From NCBI RefSeq assembly GCF_964355755.1, contig NC_092673.1:21697648-21761647 (forward strand): a stretch of 64,000 nt of DNA, given 5' to 3'. The notes beneath the pieces were generated by a model. It was not told the origin of the DNA. It ran no database searches and saw only the letters and a list, made by a program, of their open reading frames with translations. Both the position numbers and the translations under genes were made by a program. Shown piece by piece: positions 14,292 through 25,900 of this stretch (position 1 is the stretch's first letter; each line of letters opens with the position of its first letter). Source of the stretch: Antedon mediterranea. Lineage: Eukaryota > Animalia > Echinodermata.

Positions 14292-16207
14292 ATGAGACTG
14301 TTTATACTGTTTACCATGTTGGTAATGAAGAGTTTGCTAGCAGAATGTAAAGCAACGTACCGTCACCAGGATAAACAGGTTGGTATGACGTACAAACAAA
14401 TAAATTTATCTTGGCACAAACCACCATATACCATAGACCCAGGAAGACACACTTATACATCGGTGGCGTGGCGTAACATCTATGAGCGCTCACTGGCTAA
14501 ACCCAGGGAGCTTATGGATGCCCCGGCCCTGAGCAGTGCCCATAGGAAAAAAATGGCATTAAAATATGTTGAAAAAGGCTAAAACAGCCAAGGCTTCCAG
14601 CGTTGGAGGGCCCCTAAGGTTCCTAATCCAGGAGCCTCCGGCCTCTGCGTTAAGCCACTGTAATATATATAGTTTGACACTCATTCAAGTAACGCCAACA
14701 AACTTATTACCAAGTAAGGGACCAAATTTAATATTTGAATTAATTTAATGAATGGCTATTGATATCTTGTTTGTTGTTTTTTTAGGATGAAAGAACAAAT
14801 GGAGGAAATGTATGCAAGCGTTGTTTTCTTGAAAGAGTGCGTGAAAATATTGTTAAACCTGTTAACAAGAATGAAGATACTGAAGTACAAGTTAATGTAA
14901 ACACCAACAAAACATTGACAAATAATCAAGACAAAATATCAAACTCGTATTCAAAACTGAAAAGGAAAAAACGTAGTTGTTGGTACGTGTTTAATGCCGG
15001 AAAATCTGGAAATCCCAGTTTTACGATAAGGTGCAAAAACAACACTGACAATACAATGCCTGTAACACCTACCGAGATGACTGGAGACGGTGCATTTGCT
15101 AAGTTGTTGAGCCTGATTGGTTATGAAGTGTACACAGATCAAGGTAATATTCACGTTAACACAAAACGTATATCAGAAGTAACAATGGTGAATGAAAATA
15201 TGCAAAAAGTTGGAAACAGAGGACAGAAACTAACATCTGCCGAAAAAAAGAAGCAAAGTTTTATGATAGGAGGAAGGCGCAAAAAACGTAAACAAAAACC
15301 AACAAAGGGTATGACATCTGCAGAAAAGAAACGTGCTAAGAAGAAGAGACAGAGAAGGAAATCAAAGAAAGGTCACAAGAAGCGTCAAGATCACATGGCT
15401 GGGGGAATTTCAGCATCTTCAATTTGGTCGTCCGTGCCATTAGAACCAAAGCCTACAGTTGGAGCTGGACGAGTGCTAACAACCAAGAGACCAAGGTCGC
15501 CATTAACGACAAGGTCAGGACAGACTTCTGTAACAAAATGGTGGAATGGATTTAAATGGTTATTCAATACCTCGGTTATAATTACCCTTCCAGATGGCAC
15601 ACATTGGTACTTCCCAGATGTTGCCAAGCAACCAGTGCCGGTAACAACAGTACCACCAGTTCCAACACCATTACCAAGAGAAAAGATTACACATTTGATT
15701 ACAACTGAGAATACAATGCCGGTAACAACAAAAACACCAATCATGACAACACTTGCTGCCAAGTCAACAGCCCCAAAGAAACCAACACCATTAGTGACTG
15801 GTGCCAACTATCCAGTGTTTGGTGTTTCACCTTCACATGAGTGGTTCCCTGACCTGATAAAACCAACATATAGGTGGTATGCTGATGGTGCAAGGCCGAC
15901 AGAATCCCACACATGGTTCACAGATAAAAAGGATCCTAGTAAAGATCACAAATGGTTTGGACAGCAGACACACAAACCAGTGACATCGCACAACTGGTTC
16001 CAGGATACTGGTGATCAAACGGCCGAGTCACATAAGTGGCATGGACAGGAAGGCAACATTCCGTCAAAAGATGAAACATACTGGTGGTTTGGATCTGCCA
16101 TTAAACTGTTTCTACCGGAAGATGATTTTGATCCTAAACCATTACTTTCAAAGACATTCTTACAAAAGTTTTTAAAAAACATTGAGATAGACATTTTACC
16201 AAAATGA
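14292..16207 (+). CDS. Uncharacterised secreted protein, about 502 aa, join(14292..14378,14786..16207)
   Basis: Exon 1 MRLFILFTMLVMKSLLAECKATYRHQDKQ is signal-peptide-like and ends at CAG|GTTGGT. The acceptor TTTTTAG|GAT at 14786 is in frame with the 456-aa ORF. The protein has Lys/Arg-rich, Thr/Pro-rich and H-x-W-F repeat regions. No family recognised. Confidence 0.8.
14461..14660. mobile_element. hAT-like MITE (CAGTGGCG-type termini) in the intron of the secreted-protein gene
   Basis: CGGTGGCG ... AGCCACTG with an imperfect 8-bp flank match (TTATACAT/TAATATAT). Confidence 0.5.
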
Positions 16208-16304
16208 CTTTTAGTAACCTTGTGACATGTATTTCCATGAATGAAAAAATTATAAGATAATAAGTAAATCAATACAAAATTATTAGAGTGACTAGTGAGT
16301 TTAA

Positions 16305-16852
16305 AGATGTATTGTCCCTTGAAACACAAAAAATGAAAAAAAAAATATTCTAAATTTAAATTGGCCATATCAAAGTAATATTAATGTTATTCACTTTAAG
16401 TCGAAAATTTGAGTCAAAAACAACAAGTTTACGTAATTAACAGGTAAATTAATTTGATTACATTTCGTCTGGAAAATCGTCACGTGTGAAAGTAAACAAA
16501 GATGTGACACCATTAGTATGCATTATGCATGATGCTAATTAGGATTGTTTACAACTCGTCGCAGTTGAGAAGGTGTTTTCACTCAGATCGCAAAGAAGTT
16601 TTATAATTATGCATACAGAGTACCCAAACAAGCACGTTGCATTATGAGATATGTTTTGATCGAAAACTTTGACTGGAAGTCAAAGTTATTTTTTGAACAA
16701 AAAAACGTCTGTATTTCGGTTAAATTATTTTTTTTTTCGACTCATTTTTGGTGAACGTTAATAACTAATGATACTTCAAAATGACCCACTTTTTTTTATA
16801 CTTCTGCCACTTTTTTTATTTTTTTTTAATTAGTCAAAGGGACAATACATCT
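16305..16852. mobile_element. Longer Kolobok-like MITE between the convergent 3' ends of the secreted-protein gene and SFR1
   Basis: TTAA|AGATGTATTGTCCCTT ... AAGGGACAATACATCT|TTAA; interior differs from the other copies. Confidence 0.8.
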
Positions 16853-17111
16853 TTAAGCAACAGAATAGACTGCGAAAAGGACGACCACTGGGTTGAATAA
16901 ATGTTACTGAACTTGTAGTGATGCTCACTTCCAAATGACCTGAATTCCCAGATCAAACCATTGTAAATTTTACCATAAAAGTAATGGACGGTGATAAATA
17001 CTTCATGTAAAATAAAGAAAATAAGAGAAATGTTGTATGTAAATAATTTATTAATCATTTGTTATGAAAATAACGACATCATTATTATTTCACCATTAGA
17101 TAATAGACTTT

Positions 17112-18072
17112 CTATTGAAATGAGTCCTCATCTTTCTTGTACTGCAACAAGTTAGCATCTAAATGCCACAGTTGAATGAGATCGTTGATGCTTGGTTTAG
17201 GCGTTGGCATTTGCATATGCAGTTCTGTCAATGACTGTTGGCAGGCTTCTCTCCATTTGTCAATAAGAATTTGAAGTTCTGGTAAATTATTCTAAATAAA
17301 AAGAAAAAATGTTCTTTAATGCTGAATAAATGTGACGAACCCATGTGGGACTATACTTGAAAGAGGTTCTGCACAGTAATGGAAGAAAAAAACTAAAAGA
17401 GATTAGAATATGGACTTGGTTAAATTACTTAACTTAAATGTTCTGTTTCTGTTCTGTTTAATTAATAACTACATAAGCTGACATTTACAGTGGTATTTCA
17501 CAATTGTTATTAAGGATGTTAAGCTCTGTCTACACAATCAAACTTTATGTGACAAAAAATGTACCCATATATGGACATGAAGTCCATATATGGACATGAT
17601 GGTGTCATATCACTAACATATTTAGGCATATCATTATCATATTTTGGGCACATCACACATTACTTTTTTTTATGATAGTTTGATTGTGTTTGTCTGTTTG
17701 ACAGAGCTTTAAATCAAACTGTTGTGAAACTGTAAACGTCTACTGTATGCAGGAAATGTGTTATTCTGTTAAGCAATTGATGTTCATTTGCATTGTCGGA
17801 CATTTTAGATGGGAATTATGATCAGAATTTAATACCTTTGCCCTGTATAATTTTACTAATCTCAATTGCCTCAATGTCTCTTGTTTTTGGGACACTAGTT
17901 TTTGCAAAGTTGTTCGTTCAGCAAGTAAATCTTCAATACATTCTTGGTCTTGCTTTAATTTTTTTGATTTGTCTTTATCCACTATGCTCAAAGTTTTCTG
18001 TTTTCTGCTAGAGTTGGAGAGTTTCTCAGGAGCTTGATGACATGGTTGTTGTTGCCGAGTTTGTTTTTCCAT
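17112..18072 (-). CDS. SFR1: Swi5-dependent recombination DNA repair protein 1 homolog (Mei5 family), join complement(17836..18072,17112..17291), 138 aa
   Basis: ..QKQETLRQLRLVKLYRAK|NNLPELQILIDKWREACQQSLTELHMQMPTPKPSINDLIQLWHLDANLLQYKKDEDSFQ* matches the conserved SFR1 C-terminus (LRRLKLVKMYRSKNDLSQLQLLIKKWR..LIDHYGLDDKLLHY). Phase-0 GT-AG intron 17292-17835. Confidence 0.9.
17521..17709. mobile_element. Abundant PIF/Harbinger-like MITE family (AGCTCTGTCTACAC TIR, TWA flanks)
   Basis: AAGCTCTGTCTACAC ... ACAGAGCTT with internal ACTACCATATTTGGGCATATC sub-repeats. Other full or partial copies at about 6040-6118, 9991-10088, 13470-13577, 23607-23706, 41949-42098, 44818-44969, 55917-56069, 62712-62867, 63440-63656 and 63869-64000. 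Confidence 0.75.
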
Positions 18073-18099
18073 TGTATTGTCCGTATTTTAGTCTCGTTC

Positions 18100-19135
18100 G
18101 TAGTAGTAGGCTAGCTAGCCGGGTTTAGCCAAGTTAGGACTAGGCCTACTACTACTGTATATATAGCCTAGCCCTCTTTTGGATCCGCCAGGCTAGTCTA
18201 GCCAGCAGTGTTTAGATGGCTTGGGCCTCAGACAGAGTCAGAGAGGCTCTGTCTGTCTGCTGGCTACCTCTTTTCTTTACTTGTTGATGTTGTGGCCTAC
18301 CTACTAGACTCGAAGCTAGCTAGCCTACTTACTAGGCCTAGCCTAGTACTAGCTTGTAAAATAAATCCCTCGAGCTAGCTATACTATTTAGTAGACCATC
18401 ATATTGATGCCTATGAAATAGGAATTAGCTCAAAATTATACATTTTCACTATACAACATAAAAAATGGAGAGAAATTAACAAAAAAACATTCAAAACGGT
18501 GTAAACAGAACAAATCAAACATACCGCCGATGGTTCTGGTTGACTGATCACGTCTCAATAGTTAGGAGGCGTGAATAAAAAACAGACTATTTTATAAATA
18601 CGGCAGTCGTTCAAATAGTTCAGTAACTCGTCACGGATTTCGCAATGTAGTATGGGATACTTGTAACGGCGCTAGTTTTTGATTTGTAATATTTTGAATG
18701 GAAAACAAAATTGTAAACAATTATTACTTATAATTACATGCTTTTAACCTAATGCATGACTAGGGCATTAATCGTTGATTATTGTGTAATATATTGTCAT
18801 TATTTGGTTTTTATCGAAGGTCCTGCTGCTTAGCTTTTTAGGCGCAATACTGATAGCTTTTCTAGTAGGCCGCCTAGGCCTAGTTAGTGAGCAGATTACC
18901 AAGACCCAGCAAAGGCTCTCATCTCAGGTCTTATGTCATGACAATGGTAAAGTATTAAGTAGGCCTAGGCTAGAGTCAGTTAGTCATGGTCGGTAGAGTA
19001 GCCTGGGCCTTGTCTAGGCCTAGCTATTAGGCGGAGGCTAGTAGTACTAGCCTATCATTATAATGGGCAATGAAAAACAAATTTGAAAAATAGGCTCTAG
19101 CCTAGCCTTTCTTTTAGTAGTAAGTAGGCCTAGGG
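18100..19135. promoter_or_regulatory. Putative bidirectional promoter / 5' region shared by SFR1 (-) and NCAPH (+)
   Basis: Lies between two divergent genes. A CpG-containing core at about 18500-18700 is flanked on both sides by dense TAGGCCTA/CTAG tracts. Candidate donors: minus strand at 18524 (G|GTATGT) and plus strand near 18946 (ATG|GTAAAG). The TSS cannot be determined from sequence. Confidence 0.55.
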
Positions 19136-21809
19136 AATGCTGCGAATTACGATCATCTCGGTCGCGTTTCATTTCGGTCGCGTGTCAATTAAGGTCAATT
19201 TTCAACAATATCGATCGTGGTGTATGGCGCGTCAATTATGCATAAAGCATACGAAAATGGATGCTATTGTAGGATTGAGACTTAACTGACGTCCGATTTA
19301 ACTCTCTTTCAGCACTCGGTGTTATACGTGTAGCAGTTCGAATTTATAAACCTGTTTGCATTTGTAACAATGTTTATCTATATTTTAAGGACACAACAAG
19401 TAGCTTACGAAGACGACTCCAATATGTTAATAATTATGAATGAGTAAATTGGGAATATTTGTTTGGTGCCAGTTAAAATCAGCATGGAGTAAAGTGAGAG
19501 AATTTACTGAGCTTTTTTATACACTATATTGCACTGAAAGATATTATTACGATTATGTATGTAATGTAACATTTTTTAAAAGCATAATGCATTGACGTGT
19601 CGCATTATGTCTCGTGCTATTGAATTAGAATGAAACCATATTGTCCCAACAACATAGAGGACCAACAGCGACCTTGAGGGGTATCACAACAGGTGTCTCG
19701 AAAACAGAGACCTCGAAAACAGAGACCCGAGACACAGGGTCTCTGTTTTCGACAAAATCTCGAAAACAGAGACTCCACTAAAACGTCTCAATATTAAGTC
19801 AATATTACGTTATATAGGGGGTCTCTGTTTTCGAGAAAAATTCGAAAACAGAGACCCCCACTAAAACGTCTCATTATATTGGGGTCTCTTTTTTCGAGAT
19901 TTCCCGAGACCCCCTAATATAATCCCTGTTTATTAAGAGTGTTGCAAATACCCACCAAGCTTGGTCATAAATTATTAACACCCAACTTTTATCGCAAAAA
20001 CCGTGAATTTATGTTTATTTATTTATCTATTTTTTTATTTTTTTTTTAATTCATTTCTTTTTTAAGGCTCGCCCAACACAATATATTTGTCTTCATCCTC
20101 CAGTCTGCCTCAAAGTCTGACCTCATATCATTTTGTTATTGCATTGTACGTTATTATCTTTTATGCTTGTAAATAAATGTTACGAAACTAGTGTCAGCTT
20201 TTTAAATAATCTCCCGCTTTTTAGCTTCTAAAAGACGCAGCATGCATTTATACATCTTACTTCTAGGACGTCGACCTTGTATTCCAAAATACACGCGTTC
20301 AAGAATTCATCAATTTCTTCTTATCGTTGCGGCATGTTCTTTGATCGGCATATCAGTTACCGTTTATTACTGATACGTCATTCTTGAGACGTTTTAGTGG
20401 GGACTCCACCCCCACTAAAACGTCTAAATAATACGTTATATAGGGGGTCTCTGTTTTCGAGTTTTTCTCGAAAATAGAGACCCCCTATATAATGTAATAT
20501 TGAGACGCTTTAGTGGGGGTCTCTGTTGAACAGAGACCCCCTATATAACGTATTATATAGGGGAAACAGAGACCCAGGGTCTCTGTTTTCGAGAAAATCT
20601 CGAAAACAGAGACCCCCTATATTACGTAATATTGAGACGTTTTAGTGGGGGTCTCTGTTTTCGAGATTTTCTCGAAAACAGAGACCCTGGTCTCTGTTTT
20701 CGAGGTCTCTGTTTTCGAGACACCCGTATCACAACAGACTGAATCGAAAAGGACGACGTGGTAAGAAAATTACTTATCAATTATTAATATTATGTATTAT
20801 GTTGTTAACTTGCTCATGATAATTATAGTATATCGTTATTTTTTTTATTTCAGCAAAACTTCAACTCTACCTCTTAATCGGGCTGCTGCATGAAGAGAGT
20901 CAGAATGTTCACATCACAATGGAATTAGTTCATCGCGAAGATGTTGGCCGGCTTCAGCGACAAGCTTACCGACGTGCAACTAGAACGCTCTTACGCCTCT
21001 GGGACGAGTATCGCGCAGGCCAACGATCAGAGAGATCGATCCTTACGCTGGATCGCGCGTTACTGTATATCAAATGATGTTCGCGATTTGTAAATGAGAT
21101 AGATGTAAATATTGCTAATAAATAAAAGATTTAAAAAATAGATAAATTAAATAACGTCTGTAGATGTAAATTGAGGTAAACATTGTTAATAAATAAAATA
21201 TTAAATACATAGATAAATTAAATAACGTTTGTAGATGTAAATAAAAAGGTTTCAATTTGAATGATGAATGTAAACATTTGTATTGTATATGCGTTTTTGT
21301 TTTAAAAATAAAAGGATTGAATTGAAAAACAGTGTGAAACGAGTTTGTTTTGCATTACATTAATGTATCTATAATGTTTTGTTTTTAAACATATGTAAAT
21401 ATTTGTGTATATGTTTTAGTTTTAAAAATAAAAAGATTGAATGATCATTGACAAAAGTGTAAAGTGAGTTTGTATGTTATTTTTCCCGTCGGAAACAAAT
21501 AGAATATTTAGAAAATATATCAAAATATAATGCTTATAATATAATTATAAAAACATTTAAAAAAAAAGTTAAACTAATATTAATAACATACATACTGTTT
21601 TTACAATATTTATTTAAATATAATGATTATTAATTATATAAAATCATTTTTAAATAAACACCTAAAAAATAATAGAGACTACACTTCGATCTTTAATTAG
21701 AGCTTACAGTGTACAGTACTGCATTGAGCGGCGTTCCATAGAAATCGCCGGAACTTCGATTTACCGGAAGCGCGACCGAAATGAAACGCGACCGAGATGA
21801 TCCGATACC
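19136..21809 (+). mobile_element. Defective Mutator-like (MULE) transposon with C-terminal transposase remnant
   Basis: Inverted repeat GATCATCTCGGTCGCGTTTCATTTCGGTCGCG (about 19151-19182 / 21771-21802); 9-bp direct repeat GGCCTAGGG at 19127-19135 and 21810-21818. Remnant RTNSDLEGYHN|RLNRKGRR-intron(20761-20853)-AKLQLYLLIGLLHEES..LWDEY matches the MULE RTNNxxEGWH motif. Confidence 0.8.
19691..20725. mobile_element. Foldback-type MITE with modular TIRs (TCGAAAACAGAGACC units) inserted in the MULE transposase
   Basis: GGTGTCTCGAAAACAGAGACC ... GGTCTCTGTTTTCGAGACACC. GTATCACAAC is duplicated at 19681-19690 and 20726-20735 (TSD 8-10 bp depending on the terminus call). Removing the insert restores the frame EGYHNRLN. 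Confidence 0.88.
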
Positions 21810-21821
21810 GGCCTAGGGGCC

Positions 21822-22709
21822 TATCACACCAAAATCAGTCCGGGCCAAAATCGGTCCGGCGGACCAGTTTTGGCTGCCAAAATCAGTCCGGGGGACCATT
21901 TATGGCTGCCAAAACCTGTCCGGCCGGACCAATTTTGGCCGCCAAAACTGGTCCGGGCAGTAGGACTGTTTTTGGCCGCCAAATATGGTCCGGTCTTACA
22001 AATATATGGTGCGCAAAATGAGTCGTAATGTATATATCATTAAAAAAAAGGCCATGATTAGTCATTATTGAAAACTACGGGGATTTATTTGTTATTTTAA
22101 TATTATAAATTAAGCCTGTTTTTTTTATTATCATTATTAGTAGTAACTCATCAATAATTAATACTAATTGTTAAGCTTTTTGTATACAATATGTATCTCT
22201 GCCTGTTTTTAATCCATTTTTTCTTTTTTAACATCTTCGTTTCCCCATGATGTTAAAAACAATTTAATTTATTAATTATTTATGGTTAATCAATCAATAT
22301 ATCAATTCAATACAATTATTATAAAACAATTATCCAATATTGATTAGGCTGAGGACGGAAAAAGGCCTCAATCATAAATAAAATCTAGCTGGCAATATCA
22401 GCGTCTCATACCCGTTCATGTGAGTGTGTGGCAGGCCGAAATATGAGTGAACACCTAAGTCATGTTTTTAGATAAAATACATTTATTTATAGTATTTATC
22501 CGACAAGAACTTACTAATATATATCATGGGATATTTTTCTAGCCATAAACAACTTAAAACAGCATCATAGGCCTAGTAATTCAATTAAAATCGACAGAAG
22601 AAAAGCCCGGACCGATTTTGGCAGTGGCGGACTGCTTTTGGCCACAATTTTAAAGCCAAAACTGGTCCGGCCGGACCGATTTTGGCCCCGGACCATATTT
22701 ATCGTGACA
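21822..22709. mobile_element. Non-autonomous TIR element with T(G/A)TCAC..GTGACA ends and 4-bp GGCC TSD (Ginger-like)
   Basis: GGCC|TATCACACCAAAATCAGTCCGGGCCAAAATCGGTCCGG ... CCGGACCGATTTTGGCCCCGGACCATATTTATCGTGACA|GGCC, with subterminal GGACCRRTTTTGGC repeats. Superfamily is inferred only from termini and TSD. Confidence 0.65.
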
Positions 22710-22915
22710 GGCCTACTAGAGGCCTATATATTATAATATTATTTAATATTCATAATTGAATAGCTTGCTTGCTTATAAATAGTATTATTACTTACTTAGT
22801 ATATTATAATGTATATATTCCTTGTTTAGTCTATTTTTAGAATAAATTAATAACATTTTATTCAACATAATAAGATAAAAATGACAAAAGTTTTTGTTTA
22901 ATAGCTTAAAGAATC

Positions 22916-25900
22916 ATGTCGACACCAAACAATCCAAGGTCAATAAAGCGTACGTCAACTTCGGAGTACATCTCCCCATCCACAAGACGAGTACATTCAA
23001 GATTAGGAAGTGGATCCATTGCCACAACTTTTGTGAATGTGTCCGAGAACGATGATGCAGCTGAGCGACGAGAACGACGTAGGTCTAAGGTGTTGGAACT
23101 TCAGCGACAGTTACAGAGTCCAGCTACACCAACCAATAGGAGGCGGTCACTACCTTTAAATGGTTTATCCACTGACCAACTGACCGAACACTATTCAAGC
23201 TGCATCAAATTGTCGGCTGAAAATGTAAGTGGTTTTTTGGGTGGGAGGTTTAGGAGGAAATAATAAATCATGTCATGTATAGAGACCCATATTTCACATA
23301 GCATTGCTTAATCCTAAGGAAAGATGCTTTACCTCATCCTTCAGATAAGATGTAAAGCTGTTTTATCTCCCGGTGGGTTGATCACGGTAGGCGCTGCACT
23401 ATCGTGGGTCCATAAAGGGTCTAATGTCAATTTCCTCAACTGCGGATAAACACATTACATTTAACCATGGTATTTTTTTTTATAGAAAATCAACGCAAAG
23501 AATGCATTTGGTTTACATTTGATTGACTATATGTCTGAAATGCTAAAGGAGAAGATGGGAGATCTTACAAACTTTCAGGTTTGTTAAAACAATTTATTGT
23601 CACTACACTGTCAGGCTTTTTGGGACAAAAAAATGTGCCCAAATATGGTAGTGATATGCCTAAATATGGTAGTGATATGCCTAAATGTGGTAGTGCTATG
23701 CCTAAATGTAATTTCTTGCCGTAATAACTGTATTTGTGTCTATAAATGACTCAATAATCACTATACTTGATTTAATTTGCAATTTTAGATGGCAAGCTGT
23801 ACACTTGATGCTAGTGCTAAGATCTATGCAGGGAGAGTAGATGCTGTACATGCAGATACCTACAAGGTCCTTAGTGGTCTAGGCCATTCTGATAAATCAA
23901 ATCAAAAAGGTTGGTTTATTTCATGCATAGTTATTGCCTACAATGAGTTGAGTGACCGAGTTCTGTTTATAATAATAATATTTGTTCTTACATACAGCTT
24001 ATTACACAATGCTTCTAAGCGCTTTACATTATTACCCCTGTCATTCTTTTGGATCAAACACATATAGAAACATCCTCCCATAATGTAGCTAGTAATCAGC
24101 TTAATAACTACAAAATGGGTGCAGGGTCAAGGCTCTCCTTAATATCTGGTGGTAAAACAAGTCCTTTTGGTTTACTCTTTCTGTCTTATGTACACTTTAA
24201 AGCACAGAGTTCAACCATGTCACCCTGGTGTTCCAGTCCATCTTAGGCCTGCCAAATGAGCTCTGTTTGGTGTTAGCTGTACAGTATGACATGAAGGGAC
24301 ACTTGAGGGAGATGAAAATTGTATGGAATTCAGCCAATTAAGCTCATTCTCCTACTTTACAATTCCAACATTGTAGGTTTTGTCCATGTCTGTTTTTCCC
24401 ACAATTTTACCATCCTTATTAAGATATGATATCGGTACATATTTCAATTTTTTTGCAATTTGTTCAAAATATGAGCAACATACAATAAAATGAATAACAT
24501 TACATTATTGAATAATTTGCTTGACAGAACAACATGAGGGTGATGATGCCAAGGAAACAAAGAAGAAAAAAGTAAGTTAGCATTTTTAAAGATCTCCACT
24601 TTCAAAGTCTGTCTATATACATTTTCTTATAATTGAAATTTGTGTATTTAAGGCACGACATGGGAACACTGTGGTGACCAACCTTAACACAATCACAACC
24701 AACAAATTTGATTTAGAGTTTGAGGTAAGCACTGTTCACTACTTTACAACTATAGTAGCAATGTCATTTGTTATACAGTCAACTCTCCCACTATCGTACT
24801 CACTGAAAATAGAAGTTTAGAATTTTCTTGTGGTCCTAATACTCTAGTAGCTAGATCAACTTTCGCATGCACTTTGAGGTCCAGAGAATTTGACTTCAGA
24901 AATTGGTTTAGGATGGTCAAACAATCATTTTTGGCTTGGTTACACATTTTGAAAATGTGGCGAAAGGTCAAAAGGTCAGGGTGAAAGGTTATAATACCAA
25001 ACACCAATAGGTCCTTAAATCTCGACAACCACTGGTCACAGCAAGGTAATTTTGGTGTCAAATTGATCGGAAGGTATACATTTATATTCAGTCTAATGGG
25101 ACAATTTAGTCAAAAATGACCGGAAATGCCATTTCTGACCTTTGACCCACTACAGAGGGCATGTATGTATCTCCGTAAGTACTGGTCGTAGACACTTGAA
25201 TTAGGTCCTAAAATGTTCACAGTATGCATTTATTTATTTGTTGCACATTTTGAAAAATGTTACAAAAGGTCAAAGGGTCAGGGTCAAGGGTTATATGAAC
25301 AAACACAAATAGGTACTTGTATCTTGGCAACCACTGGTCGCAGCAAGTCAATTTTAGTCTCAAAATGTTGAGAAGGCATGTATTCATATTCAGTCTAATG
25401 AGACATTTTAGTGAAAAATGATCAGAAATGCCATTTCTGACCTTTGACCCACATACCAGGGCATCTTAATATCTCTGTAAGTACTGGTCGTAGAAACTTA
25501 AATTTGGTATCAAATTGTTGGAAATATACATATTTACATTCATTCTAACAGAAAATTTGGTGAAAAGATGATCAGAAATTCTATTAATTACTAATGTTTC
25601 AAACAAAAAACATACCTCTACACAACTTATTCTTCACATTCATTTAGACTAGACAAAAAGTAGTGAGCCCTCTAGCGGTCATTTGTGATTTCTGAGATTC
25701 ATCGAAGCGCGACAACATCACCCGGAAATGATGTGAATTTAAAATTTTAATAGGGTTAAACTCTTTTAACCAATTGAAAGTCTTAAATTATAGTTCCTTA
25801 TGAATAATTCATGAGAATAATTAAAGCAAGGGTTGAAGAAGCATGTGACTTGGTTTTTGGAACAGGATAGCAGTTATGATCGTGTCAGGTAATCATTGAA

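Noticed and set aside
14292-14582. Single-exon 96-aa secreted peptide
   Set aside because: After codon 29 the ORF runs through a donor site into an intron containing a MITE; splicing to 14786 is in frame with the long ORF and is more plausible.
15580-16100. Neuropeptide precursor interpretation of the HxWF repeats
   Set aside because: The repeats are not bounded by dibasic cleavage sites or Gly-Lys/Arg amidation signals.
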